Of a DNA stretch of 64,000 nucleotides, positions 29,786-41,520 are shown one piece after another (positions within the stretch are counted from its first letter, which is position 1; each line of letters begins with the position of its first letter). The translations under genes and the position numbers were made by a program. The notes beneath the pieces are model-generated. The model saw nothing but the letters and a program-made list of their open reading frames with translations, did no database searches and was not told where the DNA came from. Source of the stretch: the human T2T-CHM13v2.0 reference genome, Homo sapiens; NCBI RefSeq assembly GCF_009914755.1, contig NC_060930.1; one strand, written 5' to 3'.

Positions 29786-31809
29786 AGAAGTATCCTCTCT
29801 TTAAGATTCACTGAATTAGTAATATTATGAGCCAACCATGAGTCATTCAAATAATTCGATTGAATCAAAGGAACATGTGGAAGCTTATAGTGATTGACCA
29901 ACAATCATAAAAAGAACAAAAACGGGTTAGATGGAAGCAAGTCAGCTCCCCACCCACATGCACAGGCTGTGGAAGTTTTGAACTACATAGTCATCAGTAC
30001 TTAAAGAGCTAAATGTTATACACTTCCTCTGATAATGGAGGTTCAGTTAAAACTATGTTTTGGCACACTGGTAGATGAATTTAAAAAGTTGGTATATCCA
30101 GTACTAAATGTCACATTTTACTGGTTGGCACGCATTTATCACTTCATTTTCCAGTACAGTAAACAACTTGTAACGCACCAGTTAATTTGATTGACAGCAG
30201 CCTTGGGCATTTCTTAGCACTCACGTACTGTATTGCATGGAGTCAAACTTCCATGGTAATTGGCTTCAACAACAACAATAATAATAGAAATAATAATTCC
30301 AGAGTTAATTTAAAGGAGCAAAAAGAAGTAAGTCAAATATAAGAACAATAAATTATGGGAATTTCTCATTTGAGTAAGTAACAGGTTTAATAGCTTTTCC
30401 TAAGTACTGAGATCATTCAATTGAACATCTGCTTTCCAGCTGTGCATATTGATATATTACTAGGTTTTTATTCCCTTCTAGTCTAAATGTATCCATAAGT
30501 TTTTAGGAGTTTCACTACCTGACTTTTTGACAATGCCTTGATTGTGAAAGATATAAAAATGTCAAAAATTCTGTAGGCCATATTATGCCCAGGATATTAT
30601 TTTTCAATAGGCTCCAAAGACAGATGTCTATGAACAATTAAACCATGCTTCAACCACACCTTGTTCCAGCTGGGATCAGAGAATTAAAAGGAAATAAGCC
30701 CTCATAATTTACTTATTGCTGAAGTTCCTATAGTTTCCTGACTGTTAATGGATTCTTATTAAATAATTCTATCAATGAAAAACATTTCATTATATTGTAT
30801 GTATACTATACATTGTTTGAAATTATGAATTTGGCTCTTTGATATTAAATTGAGTATTTCTTCTCTTATATATGCTGAACAACTATATTCAGAAAAATCC
30901 CGTTTGATGGAGATTGGGTTACTTCAAGCTGGTGAAATCCCAAGTCAAGTTTTAGAGAGTTTAGTCATAAAGTACGATACTGAAACAATCTGTACTGATA
31001 AGAAAAGTGAGACCTGCTAATCAACATGGATGTAACCCAATATCTTGTCTAATAGGAAAGCGTAGAATGTACTCTCTCCTTTCAACTGAAAATGTCCCAA
31101 ATAAGATGTTATCTTCTTCCAATCAGCTTTCATCATTACTGTCACCATAGCAACTAAATAGCTCTGAGATGCAACCTAAACAAGGGACCAAATAAGATGA
31201 GCTGATGAGCCACTGCATTATCAGTGTTCATAAGATAGTAATTCAAAAATGCTCATCATACCCACAAAGGAAAAGCATTTCTTCTCTCTTTTCCTAACGA
31301 AAGTATGGTTAATAAAAGTATTTCACCATATTCTAGGCTTTATGGATTAAATAGCTTAAGAAGTGGGAAGATGTAATCTGAAGGGACCATGTACTCAGCA
31401 CAGTCCCAGGACTCACTTCACAGTGGCAATCTGCTGGCTTGCAAAGTAATATACAACTGAAGATGAGACTTATTGATTGATTGGTTTAATTTTATTAAAT
31501 GACACTAAAGAAATGTGGGTTGCTTTTCTGTTGTTAACAACGTATGTAATTAGGAGAATACCATATATGAGAGTGTAAAGTAGGACAGATTTGGAGTACT
31601 CAGGAAAATGAGTTCTATAAATAATAAACCCTTGAGCCACTGAAGCTTTTCACATTCTTTAAAGAACACCATATTCTGTAAGATGTTTTCAAAATTTTCT
31701 AATTTATTCTTATTTAGAGAGCAATACTGTTCTGGGTATCTATATACTTTAGGTGTATATCTAAGGAGAAAGATCAGTAATAAGAACAAAATTAATAGTT
31801 AATAGGCCT

Positions 31810-32000
31810 TTCACACCTTATAATGTGCGACTTTACATGTACTATGACATTTAATTCATACTATAGTTATCTCCAATTTAGAGATGAGTAGGTCAATTCA
31901 TGGAGACGATAAGTAACTTTCCCAGTTTAGAAAGGGGCAGAGCTAGGATTTGAACATGGGCACTCTTAACTCTGAAGCCTGCTCTCAACCAATAAGTACT
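31810..32000 (-). mobile_element. MIR fragment
   Basis: AATTTAGAGATGAG...AAGTAACTTTCCCAG...GGCAGAGCTAGGATTTGAAC. Confidence 0.65.
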
Positions 32001-32065
32001 ATGCAAACATTTTTGTGCCAGGCTCAGAAGACCCAATAGCATGGCCAAAAATACACAATAATGTA

Positions 32066-33272
32066 CAGTCGTCTACTGCATAAGGACATTTCAGTCAGTG
32101 ACAGGCGACATATACAACTGTGATCCCCGTTAGATTGTAATGGAGCTGAAGATTTCCTATTGTCCAGTGTTGTCACAGCAGTCCTAATGTCGTAGTACAA
32201 TGCATCATTCACATGATTGTGGTGATGCTCTTGTAAACAAACCTACTGCACTGCCAGTCATATAATAGTATAGCACATACAATTATATATAGTGCATACT
32301 ATTTGATATTAATAATAAATGACTGTTATTAGTTTATCTGTCTACTATATTATACTTTTTAGTGTTATTTTAGAATATACTCCATCTACTTATTACAAAT
32401 AAGTTAACTGTAAAACATCCTCAGGCAGATTCTTCAGGAGGTGTTCCAGAAGAGGTCATTGTTATCATAGGAGATGACAGCTCCATGCATGTTACTGCCC
32501 TTGAAAACTTTCCAGTGGGACAAGATGTGGAGACGGTAAACAGAGACATTGATGATTCTGATTCTGGTAGGCTTGGAATAATGTGTATGTTTGTGTGTTA
32601 GTTTTTAACAAAAAAGTTTAAAAAGTGAAAGGATATTTTTAAAAAATTAAATAGTAAAAAGCTTATAGAATAAGGACATAAAGAAAATACTTTTGTACAG
32701 TTGTGCAATGTATTTGTGTTTTAATTTAAATGTTATTACAAAAGAGTCAAAAAGTTTATAAAATGAAAGTTTATAAAGTGAAAAAGTTAAATTAACATAA
32801 GTTTAATATATTATTAAAGAAAGATTTTTAAAATAAATTAAGTGTAGCTTAAGTGTACGATGTTTATAAAGTCTGCAGTAGTGTACAGTAATGTCCTAGG
32901 CCTTCACATTGACTCACTACTCACTCAGTCATGCAGAGCAACTTCCAGTCCTGCAAGCTCCATTCATTGTAAGTGCTCTATACAGGTGATCCATTTTTGA
33001 ATGTTTTAATTATATTTCTGCTGTACTTTTTCAAAGTTTAATGTGTTTAGATACACAAATACTTACTACTATGTTACAGTTGCCTACAGTATTTATTGCA
33101 GTCACATGCTGTACAGATTTGTAGCGTAGGAGCAATAGGCTATACTATATAGCCTAGGTGTATAGGCTATACCATCTAGGTTTAAGTACACTCTAAGGTG
33201 TTTGCACAATGACAGATTGCCTAATGACTCATTTCTCAGAATGTATCATTGTCTTTAAGCAATGCATGACTA
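32066..33272 (+). mobile_element. Tigger3 (Tigger3b/Golem-like) DNA transposon, about 1.2 kb
   Basis: TA|CAGTCGTCTACTGCATAAGGACATTTCAGTCA start; end CATTTCTCAGAATGTATC...AAGCAATGCATGACTA. Confidence 0.85.
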
Positions 33273-33352
33273 TTTCTCAATGTCCTTTCATCACTATATT
33301 GAGTGTTCTGTCTTTTCAATTATGACTGCGCCTGCTTCATGTCAAACATATA

Positions 33353-35732
33353 CAGATATACCTCAAAGATATTGTGAATTCAGTTCCAAACTACCACAAT
33401 AAAGTGAATATTGTAATAAAGTCAGTCACATTTTTTGGTTTCCCAATGTATAGAAAAGTTATGTTTACACTATCCTGTAGTCTATTCCATGTGCAATAGC
33501 ATTATGTCTAAAAAATGTAAATACCTTAATTAAAAATGCTTTATTGCTAAGAAATGCTAACAATCATCTGAACCTTCAGCAAGTCATAATCTTTTTGCTG
33601 ATGAAGGGTCTTACTTTGATATTGATGACTGCTGACTGATCAAGGTGGTGGTTGTTAAATGTTGGTGTGGCTGTGATAATTTCTTAAAATAAGACAACAA
33701 TAGAGTTTGCTGCATTGATTGACTTCCTTTCAAGAAAGATTTCTTTGTAGCATGTAATGCTGTTTGATATAGCATTTTACCCACAGTAGAACATTTTCAA
33801 AATTGGAGTCAATACTTTGAAACCCTGCCACTGCTTTATCAAATAAATGTATGCAATATTCTAAATTGTTTCGTGTCATTTCAACAATGTTCACAATATC
33901 TCCTCCAGGAGAGTAGATTTCATCTCAAGAAACCACTTTGTCCATCCATTAGAAGCAACTCCTCATGCATTAAAGTTTGATAATATGATTATGGCAATTC
34001 AGTCACATCTTCAGGCTCCATTTTTAATTCTAGTTCTTTTGCTATTTCCACCACATATGCAGTTAATTTCTCCACTGATGTCTTGAAACCACAAAGTCAT
34101 CCATGACAGTTGAAATCAACTTCTTCCAAACTTCTGTTACTGTTGATATTTTCACCTCCTTCTATGAATTATGCATGTTCTTAATGGCATCTAGAATGGT
34201 TAATTCTTTTCAGAAGTTTTCAATGTACTTTGTCCAGATCCTTTAGAGGAATCACTGTCTATGGCAGCTATGGCCTAACAAGATGTATTTCTTAAACAAT
34301 AACAATTGAAAATCAAAATTACTCCTTGATCCCTGGGATACAGAATAGATATTGCGTTACCAGGCATTAAAATGATATAAATCTCTTGGTACATCTTTAT
34401 CAGAGTTCTTGAATGAGCAGGTCCGTTGTCACTGGGAAATAATATTTTGAAAGACTTTTATTTTTCCTGAGCAGTAGGGCCCAACAGTGGGCTTCAAACA
34501 TTTGGTAAACCATACTGTAAACATACGCTGCCATCCAGGCTTTGTCATTGCCTTTATAAAGCAAGGCAGAATAAATTTAGCATAGTTCTTAAAGACTGCA
34601 GGATTTTCTGGATGTTAATGAGCATTGGCTTCAACTTCAAGTCACCAGCTGCATTAACCCCTAGTCAGGGAATCAGCCTGTCCTTTGAAGCCTTGAAGCC
34701 AGCCATTGACTTCTCCTTTTGATTATGAAAGCCCTAAATGGCATCTTCTTTCAGTATTAGGCTATTTTGCTACCTTGAAAATTTGTTGTTTAGTCTAGCC
34801 ACCTTCATCAATTACATCAGCTAGATCCACTGAGTAACTTGTTACAACTTCTCCATCAGCAGGTGCCGCATCACCTTACACTTTTATGTTATGGAGTTGA
34901 CTTCTTTTCTTAAAAGTCATGAACCAAGCTCTGTTAGCTTCCAACTTTTCTTCTGCAGGTTCTTCATCTCTCTCAGCCTTAAAGTATTGAAGAGAGTTAG
35001 GACCTTGGATCAGGCTTTTGTTTAAGGAAGGGCACATCTGGTTTGATTTTTTATCTAGGCCACTCAAACTTTCTCCATATCAGTAATAAGACTGTTTCAC
35101 TTTCTATCATTTCTTTCTGTTCACTGGAGGGGCACTTTTAATTTCCTTCAACAAATTTTGTTTACATTCACAACTTAGGTAACATGTGCAAGAGGCCTAG
35201 TCTTCAGCCTATCTCAGCTTTTTACATGCCTTCCTCACTAAGCTTAATCATTTCTAGCTTTTGACTTAAAGTGAGACATATGTGACTCTTCCTTTCACTT
35301 GAACCCTTAGAGGTCATTAAAGGGTTTTAAACTCACTTAATTTTAATATTATTTTGTCTCATGTACTAGGGAAGCCTGAGGAGGGTGGAGGGAATGGTCG
35401 GGTGGTGGAATGGTTAGAATGCACACAATATTTATCAACTAAGTTTATCATCTTATATAAGCACAGTTGGTGGTGTCCCGAAACAATTACAATAGTAACA
35501 TCAGTGATTACTGATCACAGACCAATATAACACATATAATAATAACAATAAATATTGATATATTATTAAAAAGTACCAAAATATGACAGAGACCTGAAGT
35601 GAGCATACACTGTTGGAAAAATGTCACTGACAGAATTGCTTGAATCATCATTGCCATAAGCTTTCAATTTGTAAAAAACGCAATATCTGTGAAGTGCAAT
35701 AAAGTGAAGCTCAATAAAGCGAGGTATGCCAG
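33353..35732 (-). mobile_element. Near full-length Tigger1 (2380 bp) with decayed pogo-like transposase
   Basis: TA TSDs at 33351-52 and 35733-34; TIRs CAGATATACCTC / GAGGTATGCCAG; ORF 34876..35067 reads KAERDEEPAEEKLEANRAWFMTFKKRSQLHNIKV (Tigger1/TIGD1 CENP-B HTH region). Confidence 0.93.
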
Positions 35733-36577
35733 TATTTAATTTAAGTTCTGTGTCTTTATATCAACCCTGGAAAGATTAATTTTGGTCACTTTTTATAAAC
35801 TTACATTTTTAAAGTGGTAGACTTTGAACTCCTCTAGATTATATTGTCTACACCATATATTCAATATTTAACATATGCAATCTTATATCATACCTTAGAT
35901 CTTTAAAGACAGCCAAGGTTTCTCTCTCCCTCTACCTCTCAGAAAACCTACTGATGGAGCGAAGATTGCAGGCTGGATCATTTCAAAGTGCCTTGGTCAA
36001 AGGACTTGCCCAGGAGGCAACTTAAAGCCACTGAACTTTTGGTGATGAGCACCAGCCATAAATCAAAGAAGTAGATCCCCAGGGTAAGTCTTAGGATGAG
36101 TGGCAGAGAAGCAAACAGGCTGACAGCAGCTTCATGCCAGCTTTGCACACCGTGTGGCAAGAAGAAAAAACCTTCAGAGTCAGGGATCTGTCACAGGGGC
36201 ATCTCCAACAGGCAGATAACAAGTCATTCGCTGTGGATGACTGGGGACAAGTGGTATCAGAAGCACTACAGACCCTATAAAAACAAGAGATTCCAAGTCT
36301 GGTGGAAAATCAGAGAAACAGAAATGGTGATTCTAGTTATATGTTGTATTTATGTTACTATGAAATTATAAAGGGAAATTATGTAGAAAGTTGAATTGCT
36401 TCTCTACAAAATTCCACAAAATTCTAAACACATTCCCTAGCACTTAACAACCAACACTTTTTTCTCTCTTTACAATCAACCAGCATGCATTTTTTTAAAT
36501 AATAAATTATATGACGAAAGTTTTTGTGTTTTTTACCTGAATAGACTGACGAAATAATTATGGAGACATGCTAAGGT

Positions 36578-36786
36578 ATTCTACTCAAGGTCATAGTAAT
36601 TCTACTATTGAGTAATTCTACTCAAGGTCATAGTAATTCTACTATTGAGTAATTCTACTCAAGGTCATAGTAATTCTACTATTGAGTAATTCTACTCAAG
36701 GTCATAGTAATTCTACTATTGAGTAATTCTACTCAAGGTCATAGTAATTCTACTATTGAGTAATTCTACTCAAGGTCATAGTAATT
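36578..36786. repeat. Perfect 37-bp minisatellite, about 5.6 copies
   Basis: ATTCTACTCAAGGTCATAGTAATTCTACTATTGAGTA at 36578, 36615, 36652, 36689 and 36726, partial at 36763. Confidence 0.98.
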
Positions 36787-37394
36787 TTTAAGACCTAAGA
36801 GGGTCATTGTAGGGAAAGAGGATCAGCCACTTCCAGGATCAACATCAGCAGCTTAGATACAGATAGATGGTGAGTATTTACAGTTTATGAGTCCTGAAGA
36901 TTTTGCAACTTAAATAAGAAATGACGTAGGAACAGCCCATATAATTACAACACAGGCACAGTGTGTTAAAAATATAAGTGCAGGAAGCATAGATAATCCA
37001 TGTTTTAAATAGAATGGAGGGAGGAGGTCTAAGAAGGCAGAAGGCAAAGTATATCGGTAATGGCTTCCTGGTGAATGTGACATCTCAGTCGAGCTTTGAA
37101 TAATGAGGAAAAATTTGCCAGGAATGGGCTGGGTGGAAGAGATGGTATTCTGCACAAAAAGTCCAGCATGGCTTTTTCAAAGATCCTTATAGTTAAACAT
37201 GGTTGGATGATAAAAGTCCAGTAGTCAGAAAAGTGAAACCTGCAGACTTTTCATAGATACCAGATTATGAGCAGATTTGGCTATGCTTTGGAGTTTGAAC
37301 TTTATCCTGGAGGTATTGATGAGCCATGAAGGGGTTGTAAACAATAGAATAATAACTCTACAGGTTATTCAGAGGTTTTACTTAAAAAATATAT

Positions 37395-37670
37395 TTTTTT
37401 AAGATGAGGTCTTGCTCTGTTGTCCAGGCTAGAGTGCGGTAGAACTATCATGTCTCACTGCAACCTTGAGCTTCTGGGATCAAGCAATCCTACCACCTTA
37501 GCCTCCTGCATAGCTAGGACTACAGGTATGTGCCACCATACCTGGCTAATTATTTCTTTTTTTGTAGAGATAGGGTCTTGCTAGGTTGGTCATGAACTGG
37601 CCTCAAGCAATCCCCTCATCTCAGCCTCCTGAAGTGTTAGGATTAGAGGCATGAACCACTGTGCCCTGCC
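37395..37670 (-). mobile_element. AluJ, inside a degraded L2 (about 37050-37950)
   Basis: Diverged reverse-strand Alu with CTCAAGCAATCC motifs. Confidence 0.9.
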
Positions 37671-38469
37671 TTGAAATTTCTTTCATCTTTCAGCAAGTAA
37701 AATATAGAAAGAATCAGAGGCCAAGCCAGGCAAAGACCTAGAAGATCAGTCACAACAATTCAGATGAGAAATGATGCAGCTGACGGAAGAGAGAGGCTGT
37801 GGGAGCCAACAGGCAGGTATGAAGATGAGCATGATAAAAAGTCAAAATTGATGGGACTTGGTCACCACTGAGTCAGGAGAGAGGAAATAAAAGCAGCGGC
37901 GTGAGGGATAGCAGCAGTGCGAGTCCCATTCATCCTGGGACACAATGTGTTTCCAGATCCTCAAGTCCTGAACTGTTAACCTATTGTACAAAGTGTCTAG
38001 AAGTGGAAAAATCTAGCTGTGGCCAAATTAAGGCACTGGTGCTAGCAATGGCTGGTGTATTCTAAGGAATTCTATGTTGGTAGGCCAGGAGGAGTAGCAG
38101 TTCCTTGCAAAAAAAAAAAAAAAGAAGAGAAAGATGGCATTTCTTGACATCCTTTCACCTTTTGAGTCAGAAAGAAGAAATAGAAAAGGCTGAGCTAACA
38201 GTCAGTTTTCAAATAGAAGCTTATACCCTGCATTAGTCCTGGCCTTGTGGCTTTCCAAAAATACATATTATAATTTTAAACATCTTTTCTTCTCAGCTTG
38301 ATTTTTCAAGGTTTGAATTGTGACATATACCATAATAGTTCTAGAAGTGAGTAAAAAATTATGTTGTGAGGTTAATTTACAGATAATCTTCTCTAAAGCT
38401 TGTGCACTCAGCATACAGTAATGTTAATGCAGCATTTCTAAGTTGTCATTATTCACAGAACAGGATTTA

Positions 38470-39590
38470 TTGAAAATCTACAATGTGCTCACTGTTCAAG
38501 GGGCTGATGATATAGGAATGAACAAAATAGATACAAACCTCCGCCCTCATGGAGCTTACATTTCAGGGAAAGGACAGGTAATAGATAAGATAAATGAGTA
38601 AAATGTATAGAATGTTAGATCATGGTAACTAAGTGCTGAAGGAAGAAAAAATAAAGGAGGGAAAGGGAATAGGGAGTTTCCAGAGGTGGACACAATTTTA
38701 GAGAAAGTAGTCAAACCTGGTCACACTAAAAAGGTGATTGTTTGAATAAAGATACAAAAGAAGCTAAGGAGCAAGGCATAAAGATACCCAGAGAGAAAAA
38801 GTGAAAGTTTCCAAGCAGAGAGAGAAAAGATGCAAAGGCCAAGAGATTTAAGGGACAGTGGGGACAGAAGAAGACTAGACAGAGAGAATTAGAGGAGGAA
38901 AAGTTGGATATGAGATCAGAGAGATAATGAGTGATCACGTCTGGTAGATATAAGCCCTGCTAAAGTAAGGGCTGGCTGCTATTCTCAGTGGGATTGGAGC
39001 CATTGGTGGCTCCTTAGCTGTGAAAGTGTCTTAGTATATTTTGTTCTGCTATAAAAGAATGGGTATTCTGTTAATACCTATTAACACACTGGGTAATTTC
39101 TAACAAATAGAAATTTATTGGCTCACAGTCCTGGAGGCTGGAAGTCTAAGATCAAGGCATCTACATCAGATGAGGATCTCCTTGCTGCTTCATTCATCAT
39201 ATGGTGGAAGGTAAGACAGCATGAGAGAGAAAGAGGGAGTTGAACTCACCTTTTTGACACAAATCTCACCATGAAGTTGGAGCCTTCATGGCCTAATCAC
39301 CTTGTAAAGGTCCCACCTCTTAATGCAGTTACAACAGCAATGAAATTCCAACATAAGTTTTGGATGATACAAAAATTCAAACCATAGCAGGAATGACATT
39401 ATCTGACTCATGTTTTTATAGGATCATTCTGGCTACTGTGTTTAGAATAGACTGTAGTGAGGGGTGAAATTGGACAAAGCAAGAAAGAATTAGGAATATT
39501 GTGCAATTATACGTGAAAGAAATGATGACACCCCCAAAACTGCACCAAGATAGACCAATGTAGAAGATTAGAAGTGATCAGTTTCTAAAT
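38470..39590 (-). mobile_element. L2 fragment interrupted by an MST LTR
   Basis: ATGAACAAAATAGATACAAACCTCCGCCCTCATGGAGCTTACATT; AGGATCATTCTGGCTACTGTG. Confidence 0.7.
39027..39389 (-). mobile_element. MST-type MaLR solo LTR
   Basis: TGTCTTAGTATATTTTGTTCTGCTATAA...GGCTCACAGTCCTGGAGGCTGGAAGTCTAAGATCAAGGC...TTCAAACCATAGCA. Confidence 0.88.
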
Positions 39591-39711
39591 ATGCCATATA
39601 CCATTAAACTTCCCATATTAAGGGATAGAAAGCCAATTGAGAGAACAGCATGTGGTGACTGGGTTTGAAACTGCTTTAGTCACCTAAATCAGGAGTATTA
39701 GCCAATATATA

Positions 39712-41220
39712 TATGGAACCAAAAATGATCCCAAATAGCCAAAGCAATCCTAAGCAAAAAGAACATAGCCAGAGGCATCACACCACCTGACTTCACTACA
39801 TTATAAGGCTACAGTAACCAAAACATCATGGTACTGGTACAAAAACAGACACATAGGCCAATGGAACAGAACACAGAACAGATAAATAAAGCCACAAATC
39901 TACGACCATCTGATCTTCCACAAGGCTGACAAAAATAAGCAATGGGAAAAGAACTCCCTCTTCAATAAGTAGTGCTGTGATAGCTGGCTAGCCGTATACA
40001 GAAGAATGAAACTGGACCTCTAACTTTCACTATATACAAAAACTAACTCAAGATGGATTAAAGATTAAATGTAATAATTCAAACTATAAAAATCCTAAAA
40101 GAAAACTTAGCAAACACCATTCTGGACATTGGCCTTGGCAAATAATTTATAACTGAGTCCTCAAATTGCAACAACAACAACAACAACAAAAAATCGACAA
40201 GTGGGACCTAATTAAAGTAAGGAGTTTCTGCACAGCAAAAAAAAAAAAATCAACAGAGTAAACAGATAACCTACATACTAGGAGAAAATATTTGCAAACT
40301 ATGCATCCGTCACAGTTCTAATATCCAGAACTATAAGGAAGTTAAACAATTAATCTAGCAAAAAACAAATAAACCCATTAAATATTGGGCAAATGACATA
40401 AACAGACTTTTTTCAAAAGAAGGCATACAAGTGTCCAACAAACATAGAAGAAATACTCAACATCACTAGTCATCAGGGAAATGCAAATCAAAACCACAAT
40501 GACATACCATCTGATACCAGTCAGATGGCTGTTTTTAAAAAGTCAAAAAAACAATAAATGCTGGCGAAGCTGAAGAAAAAAGCAAATGTTTTAACACTTT
40601 TGATGGGAATGTAAATTAGTTCAGCTATTGTGGAAAGTAGTTTGGAGATTTCTCAAAGAACTTAAAACAGAACTATCATTTAACCCAGCAATCCCATTAC
40701 TGAGTATACATCAAAAAGGAAATATATTCTTTTACCAAAATGACACATGCACTCTTACGTTCATTGTAGCACTATTCACCATAACGAAGACATGAAGTCA
40801 ACCTAACTACCCATCAGTGGCAGACTGGATAATGAAAATGTTGTATGTATACACCACAGAATAATACACAGCCATATACAAGAATGAAAGTATGTACTTT
40901 CAGCAACATGGATGCAGTTGGAGGCCATTATCCTAAGCAAGTTAATGCAGGAAGCAAAAACCAAATATCATATGTTCTCGCTTATAAATTGGAGCTACAC
41001 ACTGGGTACTCATGGACATAAAGATAGCACCATTAGGCACTGGGGATTACTAGAGGTGGGAGGGAGAAAAGCAAGTGTTGAAAAACTATTGCACACTATG
41101 CTCATTACCTGGGTTATGGAATCAATCATAGCCTAAACCTCAGCATCACCCTAAATACCCATGTAACAAACCTGCACATGTACCTCCTGAACCTAAAATA
41201 AAAGTTGAAATTATAATAAA
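39712..41220 (+). mobile_element. 5'-truncated L1 (L1PA15/16 or L1PB-like), ORF2 3' part plus 3'UTR
   Basis: AATAGCCAAAGCAATCCTAAGCAAAAAGAAC...; ORF 40912 (LEAIILSKLMQEAKTKYHMFSLI); end AACAAACCTGCACATGTACC...AAAATAAAAGTTG. Confidence 0.93.
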
Positions 41221-41229
41221 TTAACTAAA

Positions 41230-41520
41230 GCCAGGAGGCTTAAGACTTAAGGACAGTCAGTGTTCGAGTCTGAGTCCAAAGGCCAAAAAAGACCAATATC
41301 CCAGCAATTGGGGAGGAGGAGTTCCCTCTTCCTCAGTCTTTTTGTTCTATTCAAGTTGTAATTGATCATGAGATCCACTCACAGTAGAGAGGGTAACCTG
41401 CTTTACTTAGTCTACAGATTCACATGTTAGTCTCAACCAGAGACACACTCGTAGACACACACAAAACAATATTTGGCCGAATGTCTGGACATCAAATTGT
41501 CAGATGAAATTAGCCATCAT
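41230..41520 (-). mobile_element. MLT2 LTR fragment
   Basis: TTTTGTTCTATTCA...CTGCTTTACTTAGTCTACAGATTC...AAATTAGCCATCA. Confidence 0.75.

Noticed and set aside
36578-36786. CRISPR-like array (37-bp period, TAATTCTACT resembling a Cas12a repeat)
   Set aside because: There are no unique spacers and no cas genes, and the context is primate DNA. It is a head-to-tail minisatellite.
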